Positions 37,171 to 47,300 of a stretch of DNA of 64,000 bases are shown in pieces; the stretch's first letter is position 1, and every line of letters begins with the position of its first letter. The position numbers and the translations under genes were made by a program. The notes beneath the pieces are model-generated. The model was not told where the DNA came from. It worked only from the letters and a program-made list of their open reading frames with translations, and ran no database searches. This stretch comes from Macrostomum lignano (taxonomy: Eukaryota): NCBI GenBank assembly GCA_002269645.1, contig NIVC01001177.1, positions 280,131 through 344,130 on the forward strand. The letters run 5' to 3'.

Positions 37171-37632
37171 GGGTGTTTAGATATTGGAGTGTCTGAGTGT
37201 TAAATATTGGAGTGTGTGGGTGTTAGATATGGGAGTGTGTGGGTGTTAGATATGGGAGTGTGTGGGTGTTAGATATTGGAGTGTGTGGGTGTTAGACATA
37301 GGAGTTTCTGGCTGTTAGATATAAGTGTGTGGATGTTAGATATTGGAGTGTGTGGGTGTTAGATATGGGAGTGTGTGGGTGTTAGATATGGGAGTGTGTG
37401 GGTGTTAGATATGGGGGTTTGTGGGTGTTAGATATGGGAGTGTGTGGGTGTTAGATATGGGAGTGTGTGGGTGTTAGATATAGGTGTGTGGATGTTAGAT
37501 ATTGGAGTGTGTGGGTGTTAGATATGGGAGTGTGTGGGTGTTAGATATAGGTGTGTGGATGTTAGATATTGGAGTGTGTGGGTGTTAGATATGGGGGTGT
37601 GTGGGTGTTAGATATGGGGGTGTGTGGGTGTT
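37171..37632. repeat. 22-23-bp minisatellite (GTGTGTGGGTGTTAGATATGGGA); resumes at 43444-43460
   Basis: Tandem copies interrupted by the LOA-like element. Confidence 0.93.
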
Positions 37633-37746
37633 GACTTGACTTGACTTAGCTGCAGGGGGCGTCCGGCGGATGCAGCGAGGAGGCGGAGGAGACCGCCCAT
37701 TCCGCTAGCCCCTGGCGACCAACGACTTCCGTTGAAGTGGTGTCGC

Positions 37747-40700
37747 TCAGGGGGACCCGTCGGTCTCGCCTGCAGCGCGGTCCTCCTCACCGACGGTGGG
37801 GAAGAAATCAGCTCGTCCGGTGTCCCTGAGGTACCGGGCGAGCAGTGGGATGCTCTCGGGCCTGCAAACGTCGGAGAGAACCGGGTTTGGCCCGAGGTGA
37901 GTAAGCCTGGCCCTGGTGAAAACCGGGCAGTGGCAGATAAAATGCTCGGCGTTTTCACTGCCTGAGCGGCAGAAGGGGCACCGCTCCTCGGGTACTTGGC
38001 CCTGAAGGAAGCGGTGGCGAGAGAAGCAGCCATGCCCGGAGAGGGCCATGCTAACTGCTCTGAGGTCTCTGCGGTTGAGCCTGAGGAGGGCTCTACGCAG
38101 GAGAGGAGAGGGACAGGGGACGGCAGCACGGGATTGCCTACAATTCCGGGTGTCGTGCCACCTGCGGAGATGCTCGGAGTCAGCCCAGCGCTTAACGCGG
38201 GAATTGATCACCGAGGCGGGGATGGGGGCACCCGGGCCCGGCCCCAATAGCGCGCCGGCGGAGCCAGCCTTGGCCAGCAGGTCAGCGCGCTCGTTGCCGA
38301 GGAAGCCGGCGTGGCCCGGGATCCATCTGAGCTCCACCTGGTTGCCTAGCGCAAGCCCGTTGAGCTGGGTGTTGCAGTCCAGGACGGACCTGGAGCTGGC
38401 GGTGCTGCGGCAGAGGGCCCGAAGGGCTGCTTGGCTGTCAGAGTGAAAAATAAATTTCCGGCCGCTAAGCTGCCTTCGGCGCAGCTCTGCCGCGCAGGAG
38501 CTGATGGCAAGCACCTCGCTCTGAAAAACACTGGAGTTGAGCCCAGTGTGCTGGGAGTAGCTCCACACCACTTCTCCCTTGAAGAAGACGCAAGCTCCGA
38601 AGCCTGAAAGACCATGCCTCATAGAGCCGTCAGTGTAACAGTGGACTTCAGAGTCGCTCCAGCTGTCACTCGCCTCGTGTCGAGGCTGAATGGTGACCTT
38701 ATACCTTTGGCTCAGGAGAAGGGTGGCTGGGATCGAGTCCGTGAGGATGTTGAGCCCGCCACACTCCTCGAGAGCCTTGAGGCAGAGGTCAGAGTGCGGG
38801 ATAAGCGACCGCTTCTTAAAGGCCCGCACTTTCTTGAAGGCCACCCCAGCATCCAGAAGACGCCGGGTGCTCTTCGCCGCCTCTCCTTTGATATAAATAT
38901 CCAAAGGAGGGGCGCAGAGGAAGGCATTCATGCCTTCAAAAGGAGTAGAGGGTGGAGCGCCCATAGTCATGCGGCAGGCTCTGCCCTGGATTTTGTAGAG
39001 AGCGTCGAGGTTGCTCTTGACGCTCAGGCCGCTAGCCCACACGAGGCTGGCGTAACTGATCGAGGGGCGGATGATGGCAGTGTAAATCCACCACAGCTTC
39101 CTGGGGGTGAGCCCCCAGGTGGTGCCCACGGCGCGCCTGATCTGAGCCAGGACAGCCAGGGCTTTTTTGGCTTTAGTTTGAATGTGCGGAGTCCAGTTAA
39201 GCCTGTGGTCCAGAGTGAGGCCCAGGCAGCGGACCTGCTTCTCCATGGAAATATTCTTTCCATAGAGGGTGAGGGGCTTAATGGTCCAGAGCAGTTTGTT
39301 GGTAAACATGACTGCTGTGGTTTTCGACTCTGAGAGTCTAAGGCCACATTGGTCTGCCCAACGCTCCGCTCGTCCCAGAAAGCCCTGCAGAAGGTCTCTG
39401 ATGGTATCAACCGAGGGGCCCGCGCATATCGCGGTCACATCATCGGCATAGCCCACCTTGAGAATGGGGTCGTGGAGATCACTGCAAAGCAACTCATCCA
39501 TGACCATGTTCCAGAGAACGGGGGTGAGAACGCCGCCCTGGGGGCCCCCTTTCAGGACAGGCACCGAAAGAGAGCTGCCGCTCAGGTGGGCCACAACAGT
39601 GCGGTTTCGGATCATGAACATGATCCACCGGACAAGGTGAGGGTGCGTGGCCCTGGATTCCAGGGCTCTGCAAAAGGCCTCGAAGATGACGTTGTCGAAG
39701 GCCCCCTCAATGTCCAGGAAAAGCGAGAGGGCAAAGCCGCTGCCAAGAACGGCCCTCTCCAGGAAGTCAACAATGACATGGAGAGCACTCTCGGTTGACC
39801 TGCCCGCGCGGAAGGCGTGCTGGTTCTGCGAGAGTGGGAAGCGCTTCAGCTCGACCGAAAGTAGGCGCCAAAGCACCAGTCTCTCGAGGAGCTTGAGGCA
39901 GAAAGAAGTGAGGCTGATAGGCCTGAAGGCCTTCACCGATTGGTAGTCGCTCTTTCCAGGCTTGGGGATAAAGACCACCCGGGCCTCTCTCCATGCAACT
40001 GGTACATAGCCCAGCTCCATACAAGCTCGAAGGAGACGACAGAGCAGGTCCAGGAAGCGGTGGTTTTTCACCGCCTCGTGCAAGAACGCTGGGTAGATGC
40101 CGTCGGGCCCAGGCGCCTTGAACGGGTTAAAGGACCTTGCCGCTCTAATAATGCGGTCTTTGGTGATCATAGACTTTGCTAGGCCTTGCCCTCCCACTGT
40201 GTGGTCGGGCGGGCCCTGCTGAGTCGGAGATTTAGGGAAAAAACTGTTGAGCATGAGCTCTAGAGTCTCTTCCGAACTCTCTGTGACCGAGCCGTCAGGT
40301 CTCTTCACAACAGAGAGTTTAGAAAAACGGTCATTAGTGAGTGCCTTAACCACGCGGGCTACGGGGCGAGAGCCCTCAAGCCCTTCGCAATATTGGCGCC
40401 ACTTGGCCGTCTTGGCCCTTCTGACTTGGCCCTTAAACTCGTGGATCGCACGGGTATAGGCCTCTCTGTCAGATGGGTCTTTGGTTTTGAGCGCTCGCCT
40501 TTGGAGGGTCCTGGCTCGGCGCCGAAGGGCCCCGAGCTCTGGGTTCCACCAGGGAGCAGATTTCTTGCCTTTATAGGCCTTTAGGGGGCAGGCTGCTTCA
40601 AAGGCAGTGGTGATCGCCCCGCCCAGGGAGGAGGCGAGATCGTCCACCACCTGGCAGTCAGAGAGGTCACTGGGGGGGTCAAGATCCCGAAGGCCGCGGC

Positions 40701-41451
40701 TCAGCTTCGAGCCAAAGGCGGCCCAATCGGTGTTTCTGACGTTCCGACTCCAAGTGACCTTAGGCTTTTGCTTGGTCGGCCCAATGCAAAAGCGGATAAA
40801 GCGGTGGTCCGAGAGCGAGTCCTCGTCCCACACTCGCCAGCCCGTAACTGCGGAAAGCAGTCCGGGTGAGGCGATGGTGGTGTCGATGACTTCGGCCCAC
40901 CGCCCATTATTGAACGTTGGTGCATTGCCCACGTTACAGAAGTTGAGGTTAGTGCTGCTGACATAGGCCAGCAGCTCCTCGCCTCTGCTATTGATGTTCT
41001 TGCTGCCCCAATGCAGGTGGTGTGCGTTCACATCCCCTGCAATGAGCAGCTCGAACCGATGGGACGCAGCATAGTCAGTAAGGTTGACTAACGCGTCGCA
41101 GACAACTGGGGCATCGCCCGGGAAATAGGCAGAAGCTACCAGCACAGGTTTATTGGGAATGAGGTTATTGATTTGAACAACACAGATGTCCCCAGTCGAG
41201 AGATCAGGTCTCATCCATGCCTCAAAAGCTTTTGCAGCAAAGACCAGAGATCTTGGGCGAGGCTGAGAGCCCGCCATGCAAAAACAGTGGTAGCCAGATG
41301 GCACATTATTTGGCTTACCTTTAGTCATCCAGGGCTCCTGTACGAAGACCAGGCCCGGAAGCTGTTGCTCTGCCGTGCGCATCAGGTTGACCGACGCCGC
41401 CACGCAGTGCTGGGTGTTGATCTGCAGACACCAGGTAGTCGTTGGCATCAT
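37747..41451 (-). CDS. ORF2: AP endonuclease, reverse transcriptase, RNase H, Cys/His motif (1234 aa)
   Basis: QINTQH, VQEPW, GDVNAH, IDTT, SDH (APE); KAPGPDG, FRPISL, QHAFR, LDIEGAFD, GGPQGGVLTP, GYADD (RT); YTDGS, SDSQAAL, WIPGH, GNERAD (RNase H); CPFC..ENAEHFICHC. Confidence 0.96.
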   Translation of the reverse strand: MMPTTTWCLQINTQHCVAASVNLMRTAEQQLPGLVFVQEPWMTKGKPNNVPSGYHCFCMAGSQPRPRSLVFAAKAFEAWMRPDLSTGDICVVQINNLIPNKPVLVASAYFPGDAPVVCDALVNLTDYAASHRFELLIAGDVNAHHLHWGSKNINSRGEELLAYVSSTNLNFCNVGNAPTFNNGRWAEVIDTTIASPGLLSAVTGWRVWDEDSLSDHRFIRFCIGPTKQKPKVTWSRNVRNTDWAAFGSKLSRGLRDLDPPSDLSDCQVVDDLASSLGGAITTAFEAACPLKAYKGKKSAPWWNPELGALRRRARTLQRRALKTKDPSDREAYTRAIHEFKGQVRRAKTAKWRQYCEGLEGSRPVARVVKALTNDRFSKLSVVKRPDGSVTESSEETLELMLNSFFPKSPTQQGPPDHTVGGQGLAKSMITKDRIIRAARSFNPFKAPGPDGIYPAFLHEAVKNHRFLDLLCRLLRACMELGYVPVAWREARVVFIPKPGKSDYQSVKAFRPISLTSFCLKLLERLVLWRLLSVELKRFPLSQNQHAFRAGRSTESALHVIVDFLERAVLGSGFALSLFLDIEGAFDNVIFEAFCRALESRATHPHLVRWIMFMIRNRTVVAHLSGSSLSVPVLKGGPQGGVLTPVLWNMVMDELLCSDLHDPILKVGYADDVTAICAGPSVDTIRDLLQGFLGRAERWADQCGLRLSESKTTAVMFTNKLLWTIKPLTLYGKNISMEKQVRCLGLTLDHRLNWTPHIQTKAKKALAVLAQIRRAVGTTWGLTPRKLWWIYTAIIRPSISYASLVWASGLSVKSNLDALYKIQGRACRMTMGAPPSTPFEGMNAFLCAPPLDIYIKGEAAKSTRRLLDAGVAFKKVRAFKKRSLIPHSDLCLKALEECGGLNILTDSIPATLLLSQRYKVTIQPRHEASDSWSDSEVHCYTDGSMRHGLSGFGACVFFKGEVVWSYSQHTGLNSSVFQSEVLAISSCAAELRRRQLSGRKFIFHSDSQAALRALCRSTASSRSVLDCNTQLNGLALGNQVELRWIPGHAGFLGNERADLLAKAGSAGALLGPGPGAPIPASVINSRVKRWADSEHLRRWHDTRNCRQSRAAVPCPSPLLRRALLRLNRRDLRAVSMALSGHGCFSRHRFLQGQVPEERCPFCRSGSENAEHFICHCPVFTRARLTHLGPNPVLSDVCRPESIPLLARYLRDTGRADFFPTVGEEDRAAGETDGSP

Positions 41452-42968
41452 TGCAGATCGGATGTTGCAGCCGCCAGGAGTTCCTCCTCCTCCTCGGCGC
41501 TCACCGGCTTCGGGTCGGGGTCGCCGGTGTCCATGGGCTCTTCTTCAGCAAAAGGCCCCCGATTGGCCGGAAGGCAGTAGGCAGCGTTCGCCGCCCTTTG
41601 CCCACCATCCATGGGGTCCTCCGCCTCAGATTGGCCCAATGCCCTGGAGCAGCCAGCCGCCTGGGCAGGCGGGTCCGTCTCCAGTCGGCCCTGCCCCGAG
41701 GGGTTGGGCCCAGCTGGGACGTCCCCACCCTCCCTGGACGAACTGGTGCGCCTAGGCGTCCCGGCGACCTCTCGCCTCAGCTGGGAGATTTTGGCGGTAC
41801 GGACTGCCTCAGCTGCACGCTGGTACAGGCCGCGCCGCTTGGTGCTACGCGCCGGGCGTCGGTCGCCTCCGCCCTCAGCAGCGCGCTCAGCTTTGCCCGC
41901 GCGGCCGTGCTGCCGGGCAGGGCGGTTTGCTTTGGCAGTCTGAGCAGAGGCTTGCGCCTCGGCCCCGGCCGCCTCCGCATCCCGCCCGCCCTGCTCACTG
42001 CCACGGGGAGGGTCGGCCTCGTAGGAGCGGATGCGCAGCTTCCAAAGGCCGACGTTGATGAAGCTGCCGTGTGGATAACGCCTCATCCAGGCGTCCGACA
42101 GCCCCAGGATGGCTGTGAAGCCAGTGCCGTCGGTGCGCTTAAGGGTGTCATGCACCACTAGGCCCGCGGCGGGAAGCTCCCGGTTGACTGCTAGCAGTCC
42201 TTTCCGGAGCTCGTCAGCAGAGGTAACAACGCTCCTGGCCGGGACCCAGATTCGATGCCTCTTGGTCCGGGGGCGCTCGTCCTCTCTGCAGAAGGCTAGG
42301 TTGAGGTCCCAGCTCTGCTCGGGCAGCAGCTCAAGGAGCCGCCGACCCGAGTCAGCATCACTGGGCCAAATGAGAAGGCACGAGTCCCTCGTCGCATTCG
42401 AATGAATGTTCAGAGGCGTGCCCTTCAGAGTTTGCTTCCACAGGAGGCCATCAACGGCACTTCTCACCTGCTTCAGCTGATCGGGAGACAGGCGCGCGTC
42501 CTTTCCCAGGATGACAACCGCCGGTTGCCTCTTTGCCGCATCAGCGTAGGAGGCCCGGGGGTCAGTGGAGCTTTCTTCAGGTGGGCTGTCCACCCTCCCG
42601 GCTGCATCGGCCTCCCTATCCTGGGCAGGGGCTTCCGTGGGCTCGAGGCCCTCTTCCGCCACCGCCCCAGACTGGGAAGCTTCCGCTGCCGCGGGCCGTT
42701 GGCCCCTGGCACCGGTTTGGCTTCCGCCCTCCTTGGCCCGCCTCGCCTTGTTAAGTCGACGGCGGGCAGCTCCAGAGGTGGTGCTGCGTTTCTTAGCAGC
42801 TGGAGTAGCAGGTGTCTTCTCGGAGGCACCGCTCAGAGTTGGCTCCACGGGTCTCGCCGAGGCGTCCCCGATGGTAGCAGGTGGTATGGCCGAGGAGTCC
42901 ACGGCCCCAGCCGAGGCCGGAGGCACTGTGTCATCCACAGCCGGTTTGTTACTTCGGTTAGAAGCCAT
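41448..42968 (-). CDS. ORF1 of the LOA-like element (about 506 aa, DUF4780-like core, no obvious CCHC knuckle)
   Basis: Open frame from MASNRSNK; SYADAAK motif and a central region resembling LOA-clade ORF1 (recognised by eye); stop overlaps the ORF2 start (ATGA). Confidence 0.8.
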   Translation of the reverse strand: MASNRSNKPAVDDTVPPASAGAVDSSAIPPATIGDASARPVEPTLSGASEKTPATPAAKKRSTTSGAARRRLNKARRAKEGGSQTGARGQRPAAAEASQSGAVAEEGLEPTEAPAQDREADAAGRVDSPPEESSTDPRASYADAAKRQPAVVILGKDARLSPDQLKQVRSAVDGLLWKQTLKGTPLNIHSNATRDSCLLIWPSDADSGRRLLELLPEQSWDLNLAFCREDERPRTKRHRIWVPARSVVTSADELRKGLLAVNRELPAAGLVVHDTLKRTDGTGFTAILGLSDAWMRRYPHGSFINVGLWKLRIRSYEADPPRGSEQGGRDAEAAGAEAQASAQTAKANRPARQHGRAGKAERAAEGGGDRRPARSTKRRGLYQRAAEAVRTAKISQLRREVAGTPRRTSSSREGGDVPAGPNPSGQGRLETDPPAQAAGCSRALGQSEAEDPMDGGQRAANAAYCLPANRGPFAEEEPMDTGDPDPKPVSAEEEEELLAAATSDLQ

Positions 42969-44313
42969 TGGCTGGAAGTAAAAAGGTGGGACTTCCTGCA
43001 GAACACAGGCAAAGAGCCGCAAGGCCGCAACCCCAAACCAAGCGGCAGGCCCCCAAAAAGCAAAATACCACCCTGCGGGGGACCCAAAAGCGCAAGGGGA
43101 ACCGTTAGCGACCAGACTACTCCCTGGCCAAGCGTCCATCAGCACGGAGTTACACTGGGACATTAGAGGGTGCGTTTATGGTCACACCAGGACCCGGCGC
43201 CAACGAATCAGCTCGGCAGGGCCCAAGGGGGCCTGCCTTAACACCCACGGGACGAGTACCCTTCGAAGTGCGCCTTGCAAGGTGAAAATCAGGAGACAGA
43301 GTCTCTTGAGCTATCAGCCCGCCAGGGGAGGCAGGTGTGAGCATCGCTGGCTGGGATAAAGGCCATACCAGTCTCATACTGCACAGATAGTTCACCACGC
43401 CATTACGTGCAGGACCCGGGGTCCTGGGGGCAACAGCCCCGGCTGTGTGGGTGTTAGATATATAAAAAGAATAAATGTTAGATACAGGGTGCCGTGTTAA
43501 TGCAGTTAGAGTAAAATACAGTGTATAATTATCCTGCTTGTTTCGGATTATGATTTTATCAATGCATGTGATTTTCTGTATTTCAAATCTTTAAACTTCT
43601 ATAATGTTTTGTCTGCTAATATAATCTGCATTATTAAATGTTAATTTAATTGTGAATTAATATTTCAAATACACCTATTATTGTCCTTAAATTCGTTATT
43701 AGTTTATTATTTTATGAGTATTATTAAAACAAATGTGCATTGGAAAACTTATTTTCTCTGGTCACAATGCTCTTGATAAGCTTGATTAATAATTAATAAG
43801 AACTCTTTGCAGAAATCTGTCGTTACTAATGTTGTACGCTTGCCAACGTTTGTGAGTTCATAATATTTGAAATTCTATAAATATAAGTTGCTTTCCTCCT
43901 ACTTTCAGTAGCGTAGTTGGACCTATTTCGATTAAGAAACATTTGCTGCACCTTCGAAGTCCATAAAAATGCGATCTAAATTCGCCTTTTTTTAACTTCC
44001 TAGAAAGTTGAGGCGATTCCATGCGGTAGATTTTTTTCATTCTAAATTTGTTTTAGTCAAGTCTCAAACGGAAGTTCGCTTGGCTTTCAGTGGGGTTTAA
44101 ATATAGCTGTAGGCACAATCGCTTCCTGGATGAGTGCAATTTTCAGACCGGCATTTCGCTTCGCTTGGACTTGAAAAGTTAACTAACAAAATTGCTGGTT
44201 AGCATTGCTTCTCCCCCCAGAGACTTTTATTTGTGAACTTGAAAGGTGAATCGAAATTTAAGCAGCTAGCTTACACTATTGATAACTTGCTCTTGTCCTG
44301 TAGCTCCTAGCTA

Positions 44314-47300
44314 ATGCTGTCGCCAGTGCCAAGTCATAACCTCCTGCCTAGAACCGGTGCCATGTGGTCCAACGGTAAGTGTGCAACGAATATATAGACT
44401 GCAATTTGCCTGCATGCAATTTTCCCGGACTGCCCTGCAGATGTTGATGAAGGTCCCTGTGATTGCTGCTGTTGGAAGATTTTGAGATGCAATGGAGAGA
44501 TTCTGAGATGCTATTGGGGAGATTCTGAGATGCTATATGGGGATTCTGAGATGCTAGTGGGGGATTCTAAGATGCAATGGGGAGATTCTGAGATGCTATT
44601 GGGGGATTCTAAGATGCAATGGGGAGATTCTGAGATGCTATTGGGGGATTCTAAGATGCAATGGGGAGATTCTGAGATGCTATTGGGGGATTCTAAGATG
44701 CAATGGGGGAGATTCTGAGATGCTATTGGGGGATTCTAAGATGCAGTGGAGAGATTCTGAGATGCAATGGGGAGATTCTAAGATGCTATTGGGAGATTCT
44801 AAGATGCTATTGGGAGATTCTAAGATGCTATTGGGGAGATTCTAAGATGCTATAGAGAAATTCTAAGATGCAATGGGGAGATTCTGAGATGCTATTGGGG
44901 GATTCTAGAGCTTCTGAGATTCCAATTGACTCAATGGGGAGATTCTAAGATGCAATGGGGAGATTCTGAGATGCCAATTGACTCAATGGGGAGATTCTGA
45001 GATGCCAATTGACTCAATGGGGAGATTCTGAGATGCCAATTGACTCAACGGGGAGATTCTAAGAAGCTATTGGGAGATTCTAAGATACAATGGGGAGATT
45101 CTGAGATGCCAATTGACTCAATGGGGAGATTCTGAGATTCCAATTGACTCAATAGGGAGATTCTGAGATGCCAATTGACTCAATGGGGAGATTCTGAGAT
45201 GCCAATTGACTCAATGGGGAGATTCTGAGATGCCAATTGACTCAATGGGGAGATTCTGAGATGCCAATTGACTCAATGGGGGAGTTGCTGAGATTCCAAT
45301 TGACTCAATGGGGAGATTCTGAGATGCCAATTGACTCAATGGGGAGATTCTGAGATTCCAATTGACGCAATGGGGAGAGTCTGAGATGCCAATTGACTCA
45401 ATGGGGAGATTCTGAGATTCCAATTGACTCAATGGGGAGATTCTGAGATGCCAATTGACTCAATGGGGAGATTCTAAGATGCAATGGGGAGATTCTGAGA
45501 TTCCAATTGACTCAATGGGGAGATTCTGAGATTCCAATTGACTCAATGGGGAGATTCTGAGATTCCAATTGACTCAATGGGGAGATTCTGAGATGCCAAT
45601 TGACTCAATGGGGGAGTTGCTGAGATGCCAATTGACTCAATGGGGAGATTCTGAGATGCCAATTGACTCAATGGGGAGATTCTGAGATTCCAATTGACTC
45701 AATGGGGAGATTCTGAGATTCCAATTGACTCAATGGGGAGATTCTGAGATTCCAATTGACTCAATGGGGAGATTCTGAGATGCCAATTGACTCAATGGGG
45801 GAGTTGCTGAGATGCCAATTGACTCAATGGGGGAGTTGCTGAGAAGCTACAGGGTCCCAGAGGTCCCAGACTACAGAGGTCCCTGTGGCAGCTGCTGGAA
45901 GCTGTTCTGCAAGGAGCTGCTTGTCAGTGACAGTGCATGTGTAACTCAGCCCAGTTTAAAATATATTTGCTAAGCCTGAAATGACGACCTTAGCATCAAG
46001 CAAGTATACTGCCCCTGTGCAGCACAGCATTGTATAATAAGATGCACACCTGACGAACAATTAAACGTGCTCTGCAGTCTTAGACTAAAAAAACTCAATC
46101 CCGTTAACCCCCGAAGAGCGCGGTCTGTCCCCCGCATGCGTCCATCTTAATTGTACCACTCTTAGCAATGAATTCTTTATAAGTCCTTCCCATCTAAGAG
46201 ATGCCTCAACCTCTTGTAGCGAGCAACTTTTTCAGTTGGAAACTTAAACAAAAACGGTCTATCTAGTATTGCTATCAAGTTAGAGAATCGTGTTTCTAGT
46301 TAGAGAGACTTTATCTTACATTCGATAGAGGACGCACCAGCGGCTGCAACAGCAAAAGCATCCAACTCGTTGTCAGCCTCTTCAACAGCTTCATCAACTT
46401 CCACCGCTGTAGCCGTGAAGCGATCCGCCTCTCTGCAACGGCTGGGTCTCGCCGACCGAGCCAACAGCCGGGTCAGCAATCCGATTCCCAATTCTCAGCT
46501 GCTTCACCGGAGCCGCTCGAACTCATCCTGCAGCAGTTCGATTGCTGAGTCATCCGCTACAGCCGTTAGCTTTCAGCAGCAGCAGCAACAGCAAGCCAAT
46601 CAATTATCTAAGAGTCTGGGCCGTCTCACTGTTTCTACATCATCAACAACAACCAGCGGTCTACTAGAAGACAATACAGAAATATTTCTAGTTGAGAATC
46701 TGACGCCACTATCTGTTCTGCAGGAGTCGAGCGTTAACAATCATAAAGATAGTAATAACGGTCAAAAGGTGTACAATAGACAGCTGAGACAAACTGGAAA
46801 GCCCAGTGGATCTGCTAGTATGAATTCGTTGCAGGAACTGCTAGGTAGCGACTTATTGCTTTGTCGAAAGTGCAAACAAATTGCCGATAAGCCTGTGGTG
46901 AGTTATATTCCTGTGTAATTATTTCAGTGAGTCTCATGAGTAGCATACCTAAACTTTTGGGAATAGATCTATGATCTAGATCTCTGATCGTACTATCATT
47001 GTACACTCTATGGGGTAAGGGAGAATGGTCAGTAGGAATGTACACTCTATGGGGGTGAGGGAGATTGGTCAGTAGGAATGTACAATCTATGGGGTAAGGG
47101 AGAATGGTCAGTAGGATTGTACACTCTATGGGGTAAGGGAGAATGGTCAGTAGGAATGTACACTCTATGGGGGTGAGGGAGATTGGTCAGTAGATATGTA
47201 CACTCTATGGGGGTGAGGGAGAATGGTCAGTAGGAATGTACACTCTATGGGGGTGAGGGAGATTGGTCAGTAGGAATGTACACTCTATGGGGGTAAGGGA

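Larger units (their letters stand above)
37633..43443 (-). mobile_element. Full-length LOA-like (I group) non-LTR retrotransposon
   Basis: Two open ORFs, (AAGTC)n 3' tail at about 37633-37648, structured 5' UTR, and TGTGTGGGTGTT on both sides (37621-37632, 43444-43455) as candidate TSD. Clade call rests on domain architecture. Confidence 0.92.

Noticed and set aside
37996-43166. Many plus-strand and alternative-frame ORFs over the retrotransposon
   Set aside because: Shadow ORFs of GC-rich coding sequence, with no recognisable domains.
43150-43443. Specific HDV-like ribozyme fold using GCC-TCCCCT-GGC as P3/L3
   Set aside because: A P2 pairing exists, but P1, P1.1 and the catalytic J4/2 could not be satisfied. 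Kept only as a general structured-UTR lead.
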